From Dudresnaya verticillata (lineage: Eukaryota): DNA of 64,000 nucleotides. Numbering within the stretch: the stretch's first letter is position 1; the number at the start of each line of letters is the position of its first letter. Shown one piece after another: positions 13,501 to 25,295 of the stretch. The stretch covers positions 1,922,001-1,986,000 of the forward strand of contig OZ374564.1 in the NCBI GenBank assembly GCA_977862235.1, given 5' to 3'. Below the pieces are notes generated by a model. It was not told where the DNA came from and ran no database searches. It saw only the letters and a list, made by a program, of their open reading frames with translations. Made by a program: the position numbers and the translations under genes.

Positions 13501-15900
13501 TGGGCGCGGTAAGCCGCGGTTTCTTCGCGGCGGAGCACCTGAGGCGCCTTTCAGCTGCTTGAAGACGGGGTTCTGCCCCTGCTTTACGGAGTCGAGTAGC
13601 GACTAGTTAAACCGCTTGGGGATACGAATCGCGGTGGACCCACCCTTGTTATTCCGGCGATAGCGCCTCCAAGTTGCGGACCACAGACGCCGGGTCACTA
13701 AAGGGGTGCACACATGCAGTGGAGAGGTAGTTCGTCGCGTAGCACGTGAAGCAGATAATCTGTGATCGAGGCGCATTCCTGTCCCTTGCCCGGATCGGTC
13801 CGCGGTCTTTCCATCCCGACCGCGCTTGTTCAACGTGCTGCGCGTGTTCCTGGTACGGAATACGCGGGGCCGGGACGTTACGCGGGGGTCCAGCCCTTTG
13901 ATAAAGCGCCAGCGCGGGGTCGGCATTCTCGGACATCGTGTATGTTGGTAGGTCCGTCGTCGGCACCGACGCGTCCGATTGGAACAGGTGAAGTTCACCA
14001 TCGGCTTCCGCTCGCTTATGGCGTGCGATGATGCTCCTATCGCGGAATTCTACGGATGATTCGGCGAGTAGCGCCGTTGCGCGGAGACGACCTCGACTAT
14101 TCACTTGACGGTTTGACATCGTCAACAGTGGAGCTCTATTCCTGGGGAGGCCCAGCCTTGTCCGGTGCGCGTCACTTTCGTCTTTTCATAGTGCACAAGA
14201 CGCTCAAAGCACACCTCGTCCCGAGGCGTTTCCTCTCTGTAGCGCACAACTAGCGAGCAGATAGCCGGGTCTAGCCCATCAATAGAGATAGTCATCTTCT
14301 CTCACATCGCTTAAGCGTTCCCACAGCGACTGCAAGCTTTTCTCAGCCTCTCGTCGTAATCGGCTTCTTTTTCGCCCTGACGTTGGCGTGTAGAACAAAG
14401 TGCGAGCGTAGCTTCGAGAATCACGTTCGGTGTCATGTAGGTACGTAGCAGGTATTTGATTACTTCGGACCAGGCGGAGATACCTCCGGATGCGTTGGAT
14501 GGCGATAACTTGGCCGAGCAGAAAAGCGAATCGGCATTTCCGTGTACAAAGTAACCCAAAGATAGGTATGATTGGGCTTCGGACATCTCGAGGGTGTCCG
14601 CCTCGTCAACAAAACGGGCTAAGAACTTGAGAATCATGACGGAGGCTTCCCCGGTAAAGGTATTATCCCTCATGGTCAGTTCCAATCTGCGTATCTGGTC
14701 GCGGATCTTCCCCTTTTCACGTCCCGTTCTCTTTTGGGACGTGTTCTGAAGCTGCTAACGGCGATATGACAGAAGAGAATCGAAGCAAAGCGGTCGGCTT
14801 GAGCGTTTTGAGAGAGCGGTACTTCGGACCCAACTTAGGACGGCGATGACGACGAGGTGCGATGTCATCATCGGAGATCGAATCTGAAGCGGAAGAACCG
14901 TCAGTGGAGTCCGACGAGGAAGAAGAAGAGTACGACGAGGCGTCAATATCCTCGGGATCACCACGGTGACGACGCCGGTCTTACTTCTACTTGCGCTTGT
15001 GTTCGCGCTTGCGGCGGTTACGCAGTTCATGCCGTTCACGGCAGGAGCCGCGGGGCTCCTTTTTTGGGGGCTTTCCCCTTGCGAGACTTCAATATTTCTA
15101 CTTCGGGTGTCTCGTCATTATCGGGCTAATCCCCATCTTGGTGACCTCAGTGGTTATCCCCGTCACAACAGCGGCCTACCGCGCACTTGTAAGCCTGGTC
15201 TTCCAGTCGGGCGAGGCCAGCGGAAACTCGAGCGAATCTCTCCTTTTCGGGGGCGACCCCAGCCTGACGCAATTCACAGCGGTTTTCGAGAAGTGCGTTC
15301 ACTTCCGCGCGTAGGGAACGGAGGTCACACGCGAGGGTGGCCTCTGCAGTACCGGGACGGCCTTCCGTGACGCCCCGATACAGGGCGTTGACCTTAATGA
15401 CCAATTCGTCGTAACCAACTTGTAGAAGGGTCACGCAGTCTGCCGCACCGCGGATGGCGGCATCAAGTGACGCTTGCAAACCGGCGATTTGTCGCGAAAG
15501 TCGCGACGCGAGGTTTTGGTCCCCGTTGATGCAAACGGCGCGTATCGCCGCTCGCGATAAGGTGGCCCCAGACTTCACAAAAGCGCCAGTCGGGGCTGGA
15601 ATTGGGACGGTGTTGGACACTCGCGTGGGGTGTACTGGGTCCGAAGGCACCTCTTCGAGCGAGCGCTCGCCCGACGGAGCGTTCTCCGGAACGACTTGTG
15701 TCGGAAACGAGGTTCTGTCCTTGGGAGGTGTTTGCGACGGTCCAGCACCGCTCGACACGCCAGTGTTGGGGCCCGGATGGGAAGCGCTACGCGCAGATGT
15801 CTGCGGGGGTAGACGTTCGGAGGCGAGCTCCGTGGGTGGCGACGGAAACGGCGGAGGCGGTTGTACCGCGACCGCATCCGAGCGAAGTGTAGCCGTCGAG
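13491..15900 (-). pseudogene. gag: gag of element B
   Basis: FLARFVDEADTLEMSEAQ...YLLRTY matches gag of element C; degenerate zinc knuckle ICFTCYATNYLSTAC; start approximate. Confidence 0.8.
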
Positions 15901-16149
15901 TTCCCACCGAAAGCGTCGCCGATTTCAGGACTAACCCGGCGTTATTATAGCGCGCGTGAGCGCATGACGGGGACCGTTATGGCCTCCGGTGTATACGAGG
16001 TCTTCCTCGATTTCGACGGCCCCATTATGGGAAAAGTGGAAATTCACGTACGGACGTTCCATAACTTAGTACAATTACCGGGGGCTTCTCCGTGGGACCT
16101 TGATTGAACGAAAGCGGGGTAGAACCTATTGGTTGATACGAAGGGATCC

Positions 16150-16167
16150 TTCTACGTCGAGAGACCA
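16150..16167 (-). promoter_or_regulatory. primer-binding site of element B
   Basis: TGGTCTCTCGACGTAGAA 3 nt after LTR end; near-identical to PBS of element C. Confidence 0.75.
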
Positions 16168-16170
16168 CTT

Positions 16171-17001
16171 TGTAGTGCAAAACCCCAAAAACAAGGGCTG
16201 AATTGATCAGTGTACGGAGCGGTCTCCCGCGGGCGGTAGCAGACCGCGACGGTGAAGCCGACGCCAAGTATGGTAGAGAGAGGTGTGCCTCTGTGACGCG
16301 ACGCGGGGACGGGTCGACTGTAAAACCCCGAAGCGAGTTATACAGTAGTGCGCGTGAGACACGTATAGCAACAAAGGCGGTGACGCCGGTGAACGATGCC
16401 AACAACAGGCGCTGGAACGGGTTACAAAGCTCGGTTCGCTAGCCGTGGTATGACTGGGTGCGAAGTCGGGGGTATCCTTAAGCTCCTAGGCCTGCTTGGC
16501 CCTTTACTGTGAGAGGGGTTCACCCCATATATTAATTATACCCCGCGGGAGGTGCGCGCGCGTGTCTGGCGCTGTGCGTCGGACACTTTGCATGCACGCG
16601 CACCGCGAGCTCACTAAAATATTGCGCGAAAAATATCTAGCGTGAAAATACTACTATCGCACTGTAAATCAGTGTAAAGTAAGGGTGCGCATTGCTGGTG
16701 CGCACCCGGTCGAAGACGCCCTTGGATATATTCGGTGCGCGTGTCGCGCGTGTACACGTGGGTGCGCGTTATCCGTATAGGTTCATGGCGCGCGTGTCAC
16801 TGGCGCGCGCGCGTCGTGCCAAGAGCGAATCCCGTATTGGCCCGATCTCGTGCGCGCAACGCCTGCGCGCGCGCCCATCCCACTCGCCATATATCGACGC
16901 ATGCAATGCCCTCGGTCGTTCCTCGTCGTCGCCGACCGCTGACCACCCACGCGGGTGTAGCGATATAAAACGAGGCTTAACCCCCAGGTCTCTGTACCAC
17001 A
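16171..17001 (-). repeat. 5' LTR of element B (~831 bp)
   Basis: TG...CA termini, adjacent PBS, GGGT-TTTACAGTCG-ACCC motif; right boundary less certain. Confidence 0.7.
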
Positions 17002-17006
17002 TCGGG

Positions 17007-18730
17007 CACCAATATCTGGACTGGGCAAGCTATGAACCGATGATGGCAGCATAGAAGCCCATCTCCGTCCTAGTTAGTATAAAGGGCTATCGCGTGGACG
17101 GGACTCCTTTCCAGTACTTTCTGGTAGAAAGAGTCGTAGCACTGCTCGCCCGCAAATTCCTCGACGGAAATACCTGAAGGGAGCTTTACTGGCTCCAAGG
17201 ATGTCAGATCCGACGGCTCGTCACCCGCGTCGACTCGGAGGAGATCGAAGGGATCGACATCTCCTGTGTCACCCACGCCGCTTCGTCGGCCAAGTCCAGA
17301 GGCTAGTCAGCCGAGGCCGTCTCGGCCGCAGTGCCGGTGTCGCTGCACTGTACAGGCTTCTCGACAGGCTTCGCGACAGGCTTCGCTGGGTCCGTACCTG
17401 TAGGTTCGTTGGTCTTCCAGCGCGTGGTGACCAAGACGAGAGCCACGGGTTCTGTACTCTCTTTTGCCTCGGGCTTCTTAGCCGAGGGCTTCCCACGCTG
17501 TCGATCGACCGCCGGGGGTCGAAAGTAGGGACGTCTTCGTCAACCTCCTCCTGTTCCCGTGGGGACCTAACCAAGCGGGACAGGGCGTCTGGGACTTGGT
17601 GTACCCGACCTGGGCCGGACTGGATCTGGAAAGCGAATTCCGCGAGTTGCAAGCACCACCGGATCAGTCGACCCGAAGAGTCGCTCATCGACAGCAGGCA
17701 TCGAAGCTCATCATGATCGGTTCGAACCATGAATCATGTGCCTTATTTGTAGTACCGTATGTTCGTGATCAACCACAATACTGCAAAGCACTCTTGCTCA
17801 GTGGCAGAGCAGTTGCGCTCCGTCTAGTTGAGCGAGTAGGACCAATACCCGACGGGGTGTAACTGGCCGTCCTTTTGCTCCTGTAGTAGGACAAACTGGC
17901 CGTCCCCCTTCTCCTGCAGTAGACCGCATCCGAGCTCATAAGCTGATTCGTCCGTGTCGGGGACATAAGGTCTGCCCTTCTTGCGCAGCCTTAGGATAGG
18001 GGCGAAATGAGTTTCGCTCTGAGCGTCTCATATGCCTCGAGCGCGTTGCCGCTTGGATTTTTGAAATCCACATCCGTGTCTTTGCGGGTCATGTTCGTCA
18101 AGGGACGCGCGATCTTTGCAAAGTTGTGGACAGACATTGACAGCTCCGAGGAACGACCTCACCTTGGTCACGGAGGTCGGAAACTGCACATGGTGAAAAT
18201 AATCGCTGCTTGACTTCGCGTCTCGGAGCTTGCCCGGATCCATCACGTGGCCTAGATAGCCAACGCGCGACTGAAAGAAGTGGCAATTAATCCGTCTCAG
18301 GGATGCTCCTCCCTTTCGCAACAGGGTCAACACGTGGTCCAGATGATCAACGTGTTCCGCGATCGACCGCCAGAAAATGATCACATCGTCTAGATAGATC
18401 AGGAAACACTGCGATCGGACTCCTCGAACGATGATGTGCAATGTGCGCTCGAAAATCGTAGGGGCGTTCTTCAGTCCGAAGGGCATTTGCAAGTAGAGAA
18501 ACGTCCCTAAGAATGTATTAAACGTGGTCTTATCCTTCTCCGCACCTATGTGACAGAGATTTGCCAGTTCCACGCGTTACATTCCAATGCCGAGAAGACG
18601 GCTGCGTCGCCTAGAAGGTAGATGCAGTTGTCCATCCTTGGAAGGGGGTAAGCATCGCTTAGAGTTTTCGTATTGAGACGGCGATACTCCACGCGAAACC
18701 TAAGTGTGCCGTCATTTTTTGTGTTCCAGT
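17007..18730 (-). pseudogene. pol: gypsy RT/RNase H fragment
   Basis: MPFGLKNAP, IYLDDVII, VRSFLG, RTDHDELR...SSGRLIRWCLQL...PDALSR. Confidence 0.9.
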
Positions 18731-18904
18731 GTGGTTCAAAGGGGGACCCGGATTTTGTTCGCTCTGAGCGGGTTATAGCAACTACGTCAACCGACGATAT
18801 CGCCAGTAGCGCTCACCCGACATTGGCGCGAACACGACGTAGACGTACGAACGGATGACCTGCGTACGGACATCGCATTCGGCGGCTCACGCCCGCACGC
18901 CGCG

Positions 18905-20292
18905 CTACTGTACGGTGGCACATGTGGACCCCGAGGCGCCGTATGCCAGCCAGGACGCGATTCGGATGGACATCGGGATTAACGATAGTGTAAGGCTACG
19001 CGTCTGTAAGAATGGCCATATGTCCAAAAACGCCTTACGACTAAGGTTGATGTCCGGATTGCCACCCAGGGCCGCAAAGACCAGATCCACTCGCTCATCA
19101 TCCATGTGGCTGTGCTTGTTGTTCTTCCACAGTTGGTCAAACAGGAGTTTGATATCTGGGACCATTCAATTTCCATCGTCACCACCCAAGATTTCGTACG
19201 CTGACCCATGATTGCAATACCATTCCTACGCGCTTGTAGCTTATCGATGACAACTTCCTCGATATGGCCTGTGTACGCGTTGTATACAACAGCGAGCAAG
19301 ATATTGAAAAACAGAAAGTCTCCAATGACGATGAAGACCGAGAACATCAACGCACTTGCCCTCGAGAAATACAAAACAGCCATGATCTGCATCGGCCAAT
19401 CCGCAGTTGTCAACGAAGCGAAAGCGGAGTAGAGCCCAGAGGTGAGGTCCCCGAAGTAGCGATCGACCTCTGGAACATCATGGAACAGCAGGATCACGAG
19501 CCAACCGAAGAAGAACGCAAATAGAGCGACGACTGTCGCGACATCGATGAAAGGGCTTACAACGGAAACGGATTCCCATCGTACACTCACGAAGGGAATC
19601 CCAGTGAAACAAGGGCAGAGTTGCACGAATGTATGGTGCAAACCGGATAGGGGGATGGCCGGCGTGCATTGCGACGGAAATGAAAACGACCACGAGCAGA
19701 GCGAGTATGACGCGCGGAATGCGCGGACGAGAATGGAGCTGAGCAGTGGGGAGCAGAACGGTATCGTAGATGACGTAGTAGATAAAGACAGCGAGGAGCA
19801 AGGCATAGACAGCGGCGGCGTACATGGGCGGGAGATATGGGAGCCCCGAGAGGAAGAGGGAGGAGCCATCGGGTCAAACGCAGACACGGGTGGGAGAGCA
19901 ATACATCTGGAGCTGGAAGAATGAGAGCGTGAAGAGTGCGAGTATGGCAAACTGGCGGACGAAGGCGGTATTCTCAAAGAAGAGGTAGTGACGAAGGGAG
20001 GCTCTAATGCGCGGCGAGGCATCTATGTGCTTCAGAGGCGCCCCACGCATGGTCTCGTCAACTATCCATGCTGGCAAGGATTGGCGTGATAATGCGGATA
20101 CCGCCGCAACCGCGCGCGGCGTGCCGCTTCTGTCGCGGCACGCGCCCGCGCGCGTGCCGCGGAAGAATCGCCCGGGACTAACGGCATCGTCTGTGTCGTC
20201 TCGAGCTTGAAAAGAGAGGAGTTGGTGATGGTAGGAGACGGCGGTGACCACGAGGACGGTGCATGCTGTGAAGTTGCGGTGCGTGGAGACAT
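18905..20292 (-). pseudogene. two-pore channel (TPC1-like) N-terminal half, frameshifted and truncated
   Basis: TM helices, IRFAPYIR S4-like segment, pore FASLTTADWP, FFNILLAVVYNAY S6, then EF-hand-like linker; second channel repeat absent. Confidence 0.8.
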
Positions 20293-20474
20293 GCTCCGCA
20301 GCAGGCGGGTGACCAGCAGCCGGATAGCTAATTCAGTGAGACGTCCGCCGGAGCTATCGGCGCGTATGGATATTTTTTACAGCTCCTTGTCGCCGACAGA
20401 TTCGAGGAACTATTTTCTTAGCTTTCCCACTTCGGCGACTATGGGAGCTATGTAGCTAACGGAATGCCGCGAGT

Positions 20475-20574
20475 GTAATTGTCTATTGTCTTAGGTATTT
20501 CTATTTCCGGAAACACGGGAGCTATGTAGCTCCCGCGGAGGAGAAAAATAAAAAGCTAAGACAATAGATATTAC
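20475..20574. repeat. imperfect ~100-bp hairpin centred on GGGAGCTATGTAGCTCCC
   Basis: Arms TCTATTGTCTTAG (20482-20494) / CTAAGACAATAGA (20556-20568); inner palindrome 20517-20534. Confidence 0.8.
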
Positions 20575-20737
20575 CTTTCTCAAGCGCCAATAGCTATTGG
20601 CTGATATTCATATTCGTTTCTAGCTTTTCACTTCGGTCCTCCTGCGTTTGCTACTTTTCCCCACACGTGCATCCTCATGGCTGTCAGCTCGACGTCATCA
20701 CCGTACTGCCTGTGCCGCATCGCCAGGCGAGGCTTCG

Positions 20738-20923
20738 AAGCCCATGATGGCATCTCACTACGCTGCGCGTTTGCAGCGTTTGCAGCAAGCCCAGGAGGGC
20801 ATCTCACTACGCTGCGGGTTTGCAGCGTTTGCAGCAAGCCCAGGATGGCATTTCACTACGCTGCGCGTTTGCAGCGTTTGAAGCAAGCCCAGGAGGGCAT
20901 CTCACTACACTGCGCGTTTGCAG
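20738..20923. repeat. 49-bp tandem repeat, ~3.8 copies
   Basis: Unit AAGCCCAGGAGGGCATCTCACTACGCTGCGCGTTTGCAGCGTTTGCAGC at 20738, 20787, 20836, 20885. Confidence 0.95.
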
Positions 20924-20945
20924 TGAGAGCGTGCATTTCGCGTAG

Positions 20946-21670
20946 TCAAACTGGACACCTCCTGTACGGCACATGCCTTACTTCCTTAACAACATTTGCT
21001 GATTGTACTACGGTGTCACTGCGCAGGGGTTTGAGGCGAGAGAGAGCCCACCGAGCGCTGAGCCCGGTCGCCGGAGGCGGGTTTCCGCGCACATGTTGGC
21101 AGCTAACCACGATGGTCGCGTTACACAAGCAGTTCGTTGTTTCGTCAGCGTGAGGGCAGCTGGGCAGTTTTGGGCACCGAATCGGACTAGCGGATAGTGA
21201 AGCAATGGGATAACACTGGCACGCCATTTCCGCTTGCAAAGGGTAAACATCACTTACTACAGAGACATCGAACGCTTGTTCTTGAGGGATAAAGCTGCGA
21301 TCGTCCACGTAGATGTCTAGGTGAAGCATGTCGTGGGTGGGGTCAGAGGGATCAAAAAAGGGCTCTTCCAGGCCAAGTTGGACACCATGATGAAGCGCAA
21401 CAGTACGAATATGAACGGCGAGCATGAGTATATACTCATATGATTCGCACACACTATTACAGTGATGCCGAGGTGATGGGGTGTTGAAGATGCATTAACA
21501 GGACGTGGTGGAGGACAACCAGTGTTTTCTGTTATCGAGGTCGATGCGGAACCCACTACAGACTGTGGTGTTGGGCATGCCCTTGTGCACCAGGCTGGCT
21601 GCATAGGTATCCTTTGACGGTAAGTGCTACGAACAGTCTCATGTTTACTACAGTACAGTAACTGTCCCAT
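20946..21670 (-). pseudogene. Cys-rich hypothetical protein (two overlapping frames)
   Basis: ORFs 21317-21670 and 20946-21452 co-oriented with neighbouring small ORFs; no recognised domain. Confidence 0.3.
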
Positions 21671-21686
21671 GGATGTCTAGGTCGTG

Positions 21687-22067
21687 TTAATTGGAATCGG
21701 AAGAAGGATCTTCTGCGTTGCGTTCTTGACGTCCTCTGACGACACGAACGGAACTATGCAGTTCTTGAATCCGGATCCTGACGTTGCGAAGTGTTCTCAA
21801 CGTCCTTCTCCCGAAGTCATGCACAAGGTGTCTAACGAAATCAAATGCCCTTTGCACTTCGCTTTCTAGCTCCCGCACAGTGTTGCGAAGATGGTGGATT
21901 TCAGCACATATAAGTGCCAACTCTCGCTGCACTTCGGCCATTGTTGGATTGACAGGTAGCGGCATTGTTTTTGTACGAAGTCTGAAAAAGTCACATGGAA
22001 GCTTGAAACTGATTCTCAATGTCAAAGTCCAGGTCGGGCTCATCTTCTTCGTTGCGTTGTATCCCAA
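21687..22067 (-). CDS. small coiled-coil hypothetical protein
   Basis: Heptad pattern ELALICAEIHHLRNTVRELESEV; true start may be internal (MPLPVNP). Confidence 0.45.
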   Translation of the reverse strand: MGYNATKKMSPTWTLTLRISFKLPCDFFRLRTKTMPLPVNPTMAEVQRELALICAEIHHLRNTVRELESEVQRAFDFVRHLVHDFGRRTLRTLRNVRIRIQELHSSVRVVRGRQERNAEDPSSDSN

Positions 22068-22079
22068 CGCCCTTTCGAT

Positions 22080-22376
22080 TTACCGCAGCCTTCTTCTATC
22101 ACTTCGGGCAATATGAACGGTGTTTATCACTACTCTGGACAATCGGTCCATAACAGCGGTAACCACAGCCCTAATTTGTTGTCGAGCTCCTTCCACTGTC
22201 GTCCTTAATCCTTCCACCTCGCCTCGAAGAGCACGCACTTCGGACAGTAGGCGAGCAGGGTCGACATCGGAACTCCCGCTGCCTTGGTTGAGAGGAGCGT
22301 GCATGGATGCCATATTTCCTTCCAGCTGGCAATGTGCAGTGGACCGTCTACCGCTCTCGACTGGCAGGATATACAT
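22080..22376 (-). CDS. small coiled-coil hypothetical protein
   Basis: Heptad pattern LLSEVRALRGEVEGLRTTVEGARQQI. Confidence 0.45.
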   Translation of the reverse strand: MYILPVESGRRSTAHCQLEGNMASMHAPLNQGSGSSDVDPARLLSEVRALRGEVEGLRTTVEGARQQIRAVVTAVMDRLSRVVINTVHIARSDRRRLR

Positions 22377-22409
22377 CCGGTATTGCCCAAAAATAGATGG
22401 AGCAGACTT

Positions 22410-25295
22410 TCATGGCTCTCTATCACAACCCTCCATCATGTTAAGATCCCATGCGAAGAATGCGTTTAAGTCTCGCAGCAGGGCTGGCGGTTCCTCCGGA
22501 CCCTTAAAAGTGTACATATTCGGCCTCTCCGCGAACTCATCGCAAACTTTGAAGGCAAATACAGCCACGAGATTCTCTCCCTTCTTGCCGAGCTGCCGCA
22601 ACCCGTGCTGGTGTATTTCTGTCTTCAGTCCGTGGGCGTCGTTACCCGGTTACAGTACTGCCTTCCCAACCTTATCTGGACCACACAGCAGCCAAACGGC
22701 GTCACCACCTTTTAGTTGCGGTCGATCGCATGACAGCGGTTTCTCCCTAGGTTTTCCTGTACGTTTCCCAGCCTGTTGCTTACTTGGGGACATCACTAGA
22801 GTCTGTGATTCCCTTTCAGACTGATCAGTGCGTACCCTCTTTGTGTCCGGCTGTTTGTCTATCTGTTTTGCTGGACGCTTCTGTGCTTGGACCCCTGCAT
22901 CTTGAGACGACCCGTTCTGCTTCTCCTCTGCAATGCGGTGCAGGCGTGCACGAGCCAGTCTGTATGTTTCCGGGTTTCTTTCGACGAGGAAACACTCTCT
23001 GTCTGTCCGAACGCAGGCAATGACTGTAGTCATTGTCCCCACATGAGAGTCTAGGACTGAGCCACCTTCAGGGCAGAAGGTTGTGATTATCTCAGTAAGT
23101 GCATCAGGATTTTTCTCCTCCGTCAGAACTGGTGCCCTGCTAGTCCATGGCTTCATGAAATTGAAATTATCTCTGGGTATGGGAACAGAGGTTATCACAG
23201 CAAACCTTCGTCGCTCCTTACACGAGACGAATTGGTATAGGCTTGACAGGTCTGGAGAGAAAAAGTTCTTGGATATACCCTTGCGCCTTCCGAAGGCTGC
23301 TCCCTCCGCCCCATTCTGCAGTCCCTTCTTGCGACTTACCTGGACAGTAGTTGTGTCTTTGCAGAGCAAGAAAGGGTACTGTGGACTATCGAAATTCTTG
23401 TCGGTAAGTGCCTTTTGAAACAGCGGGAATTTCAAGAAGCTGCAGAACGGAAACACCCAACCACCCTCCTTCGCAACACGTCCACATAACTCGTAAAGGC
23501 GCTTGATGTATTCTTCACTGAAATGGTTTGCGTATGCAGTTCCAGCATTTGACATTCCCTTCGAGGTACGATACGGAGGGTCAGCAAGCACGAGGGCAAA
23601 TAGAGTACTGCATTCATTCCTGATTGATTGGTCATATTCCTCCCACTTCATCTGATATGTTCGTATCCTGAATTTGGAAGGCGGGTCCTTCTCCTCCACA
23701 TTAGAACCGGTATTCAGTCTCTCCGACTTGCGTGTTGAAGAAACAGAACGACTACCCGGTCCAATACACTCGTTAGTGATTTCATTGTTATCAGCTAATG
23801 TACGTGTGTCGTTGTCGTCTGTAGGATCCAGGACCGATTGCGCATTCTGCCTCTGCGTGTCAGTTACAGCCTCCTTGACGACTTCTGACTGCTTTTGGCC
23901 ACGAAGGCCCCCCTTCGAGTCATTTTCTTCCCCTCTTGAGGTTTTACATCAACTTCAGAACTCGTCTTATCAATCGCAGAAGCAAAAACTATGGGTTTCT
24001 CACTTTCTCCTATGTCTGGAGATGTATCTTTCCCAGAATCAGTTTCTGCTTGGAACTGGTGCTTGAATTTCTTTTCATTAAGTGGGGCTTGTTACGGGTA
24101 TTCCCTTTGATAAGCGGCTATCAATGGCTTGAGCACATCGGGGTCATTTCCGAAGTTTGCACCACCTCGTGGTCCAGCTTCGTGGAGTGAAGGAGTTTCT
24201 GACGAGTGACGTTCATAACTTCAGGCCAACTCTGGCTCTCGATAAGGCGTTCGAATTTACGTGCTTTCCTCATTGCTGCTTTCGCCCTTTCAAATTGTTC
24301 CAGAGTCTGAAAGCTGGTGACGGACCGGAAACTCTGAAGTTGATGTACTTCACGTAGTCGGTACAAAGTTGAAATCTGTATTTCTACGCCATTCTGCAGT
24401 TTGTTCCCATTCATGAAGGCGATTGCAGACTTCAGTGATGAAATGTGGATGAACGTTCTGTATACTCGGCAGTCAACCGTTCTCATTGCTCCGTCCTTGT
24501 CGAGTGTTGTCCCTTCCTTGTCTCCTGTCATCTTTGCAGCTAGATCTAGTCTCTCCTCATTTGCAATTTGTCCAATTGCGTGAATTACTCTCGTATCCAT
24601 CATACGCCTCCGCAATTTTTGGGACATTTGGTGATTTCGCAGTCTTGGCCTGTAACCTCTCCGCCTCCTCCCGCAGACCGCGGACCAGGTCAAAGCATGT
24701 AGTCTCGATAAAATATCCCTGGTCATGTTTCTCATTCCAATGTCTTGGCGGCTGCCAGAGCTCATGGACGTTGTGCCCACCCTTCAAAAGCGTTACAGGC
24801 CATGCGAAAGACTGCCAGACTGTTAGGAACTCTTCCATTAACTCCAAAATAACGCAATGTCTATGCAAGCCGTCAACAATGCCGTACCATTTCGAGCACT
24901 TGTTTGCCTTCTCCCAAGCCTCCTCCTCCGTGTACCCCTTCCCTTCCCCTTTCGTATTCTTGAAATACGCAACGATGTGACCTCGCAGAGACCCTGTCAT
25001 TTCGATGACAACTGGAGAGTCAGACCTGGCAACATACCCAATGGTCCCTTCACCGCCCTTCTTCTCTGATGATTGTAGATGAATGCGAGCTTTGAGCCGT
25101 TCCACTCCGGAGCGCACCACGGGTCTTATTGCCGTTAGTGGGAAGCACGCCCTGGGGCGCCCTGGGGTCAATTCTCATATTCACGGAACCCTCCATCACG
25201 TCAGAAAACAATGCCCTCCCCATACTTGCAGAAGAGCAATTTTGGTCCGCTTTAGACTGTGTAACAGCACCCTTTCCAGAACGTTTCTTGCCCAT
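22410..25295 (-). pseudogene. ParB/Srx-like + beta-class amino-DNA-methyltransferase + C-terminal SH3-like fusion (frameshifted)
   Basis: WYGIVDGLHRH (~24860-24874); LVLADPPY (DPPY 23571-23582); EEKNPDAL motif X; VLDSHVGTMTT motif I; FLVERNP motif II; frame continues past one stop to 22410. Motifs are seen directly; single-gene fusion is inferred. Confidence 0.8.

Larger units (their letters stand above)
9790..17001 (-). mobile_element. Ty3/gypsy element B (5' LTR, PBS, gag, pol; 3' truncated, degraded)
   Basis: LTR TGTGGTAC...GCACTACA, PBS TGGTCTCTCGACGTAGA, gag homologous to element C, LDTGAGPNFI, YLDD, YHPHTNGQVERFN. Confidence 0.9.

Noticed and set aside
20738..20923. CRISPR-like array
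   Set aside because: Head-to-tail units with no unique spacers and no cas genes
22410..25295. Bacterial or phage contamination, or restriction-modification operon
   Set aside because: Contiguous with eukaryotic transposons, similarly decayed, no nuclease or phage structural genes recognised; a chimeric assembly cannot be excluded without reads
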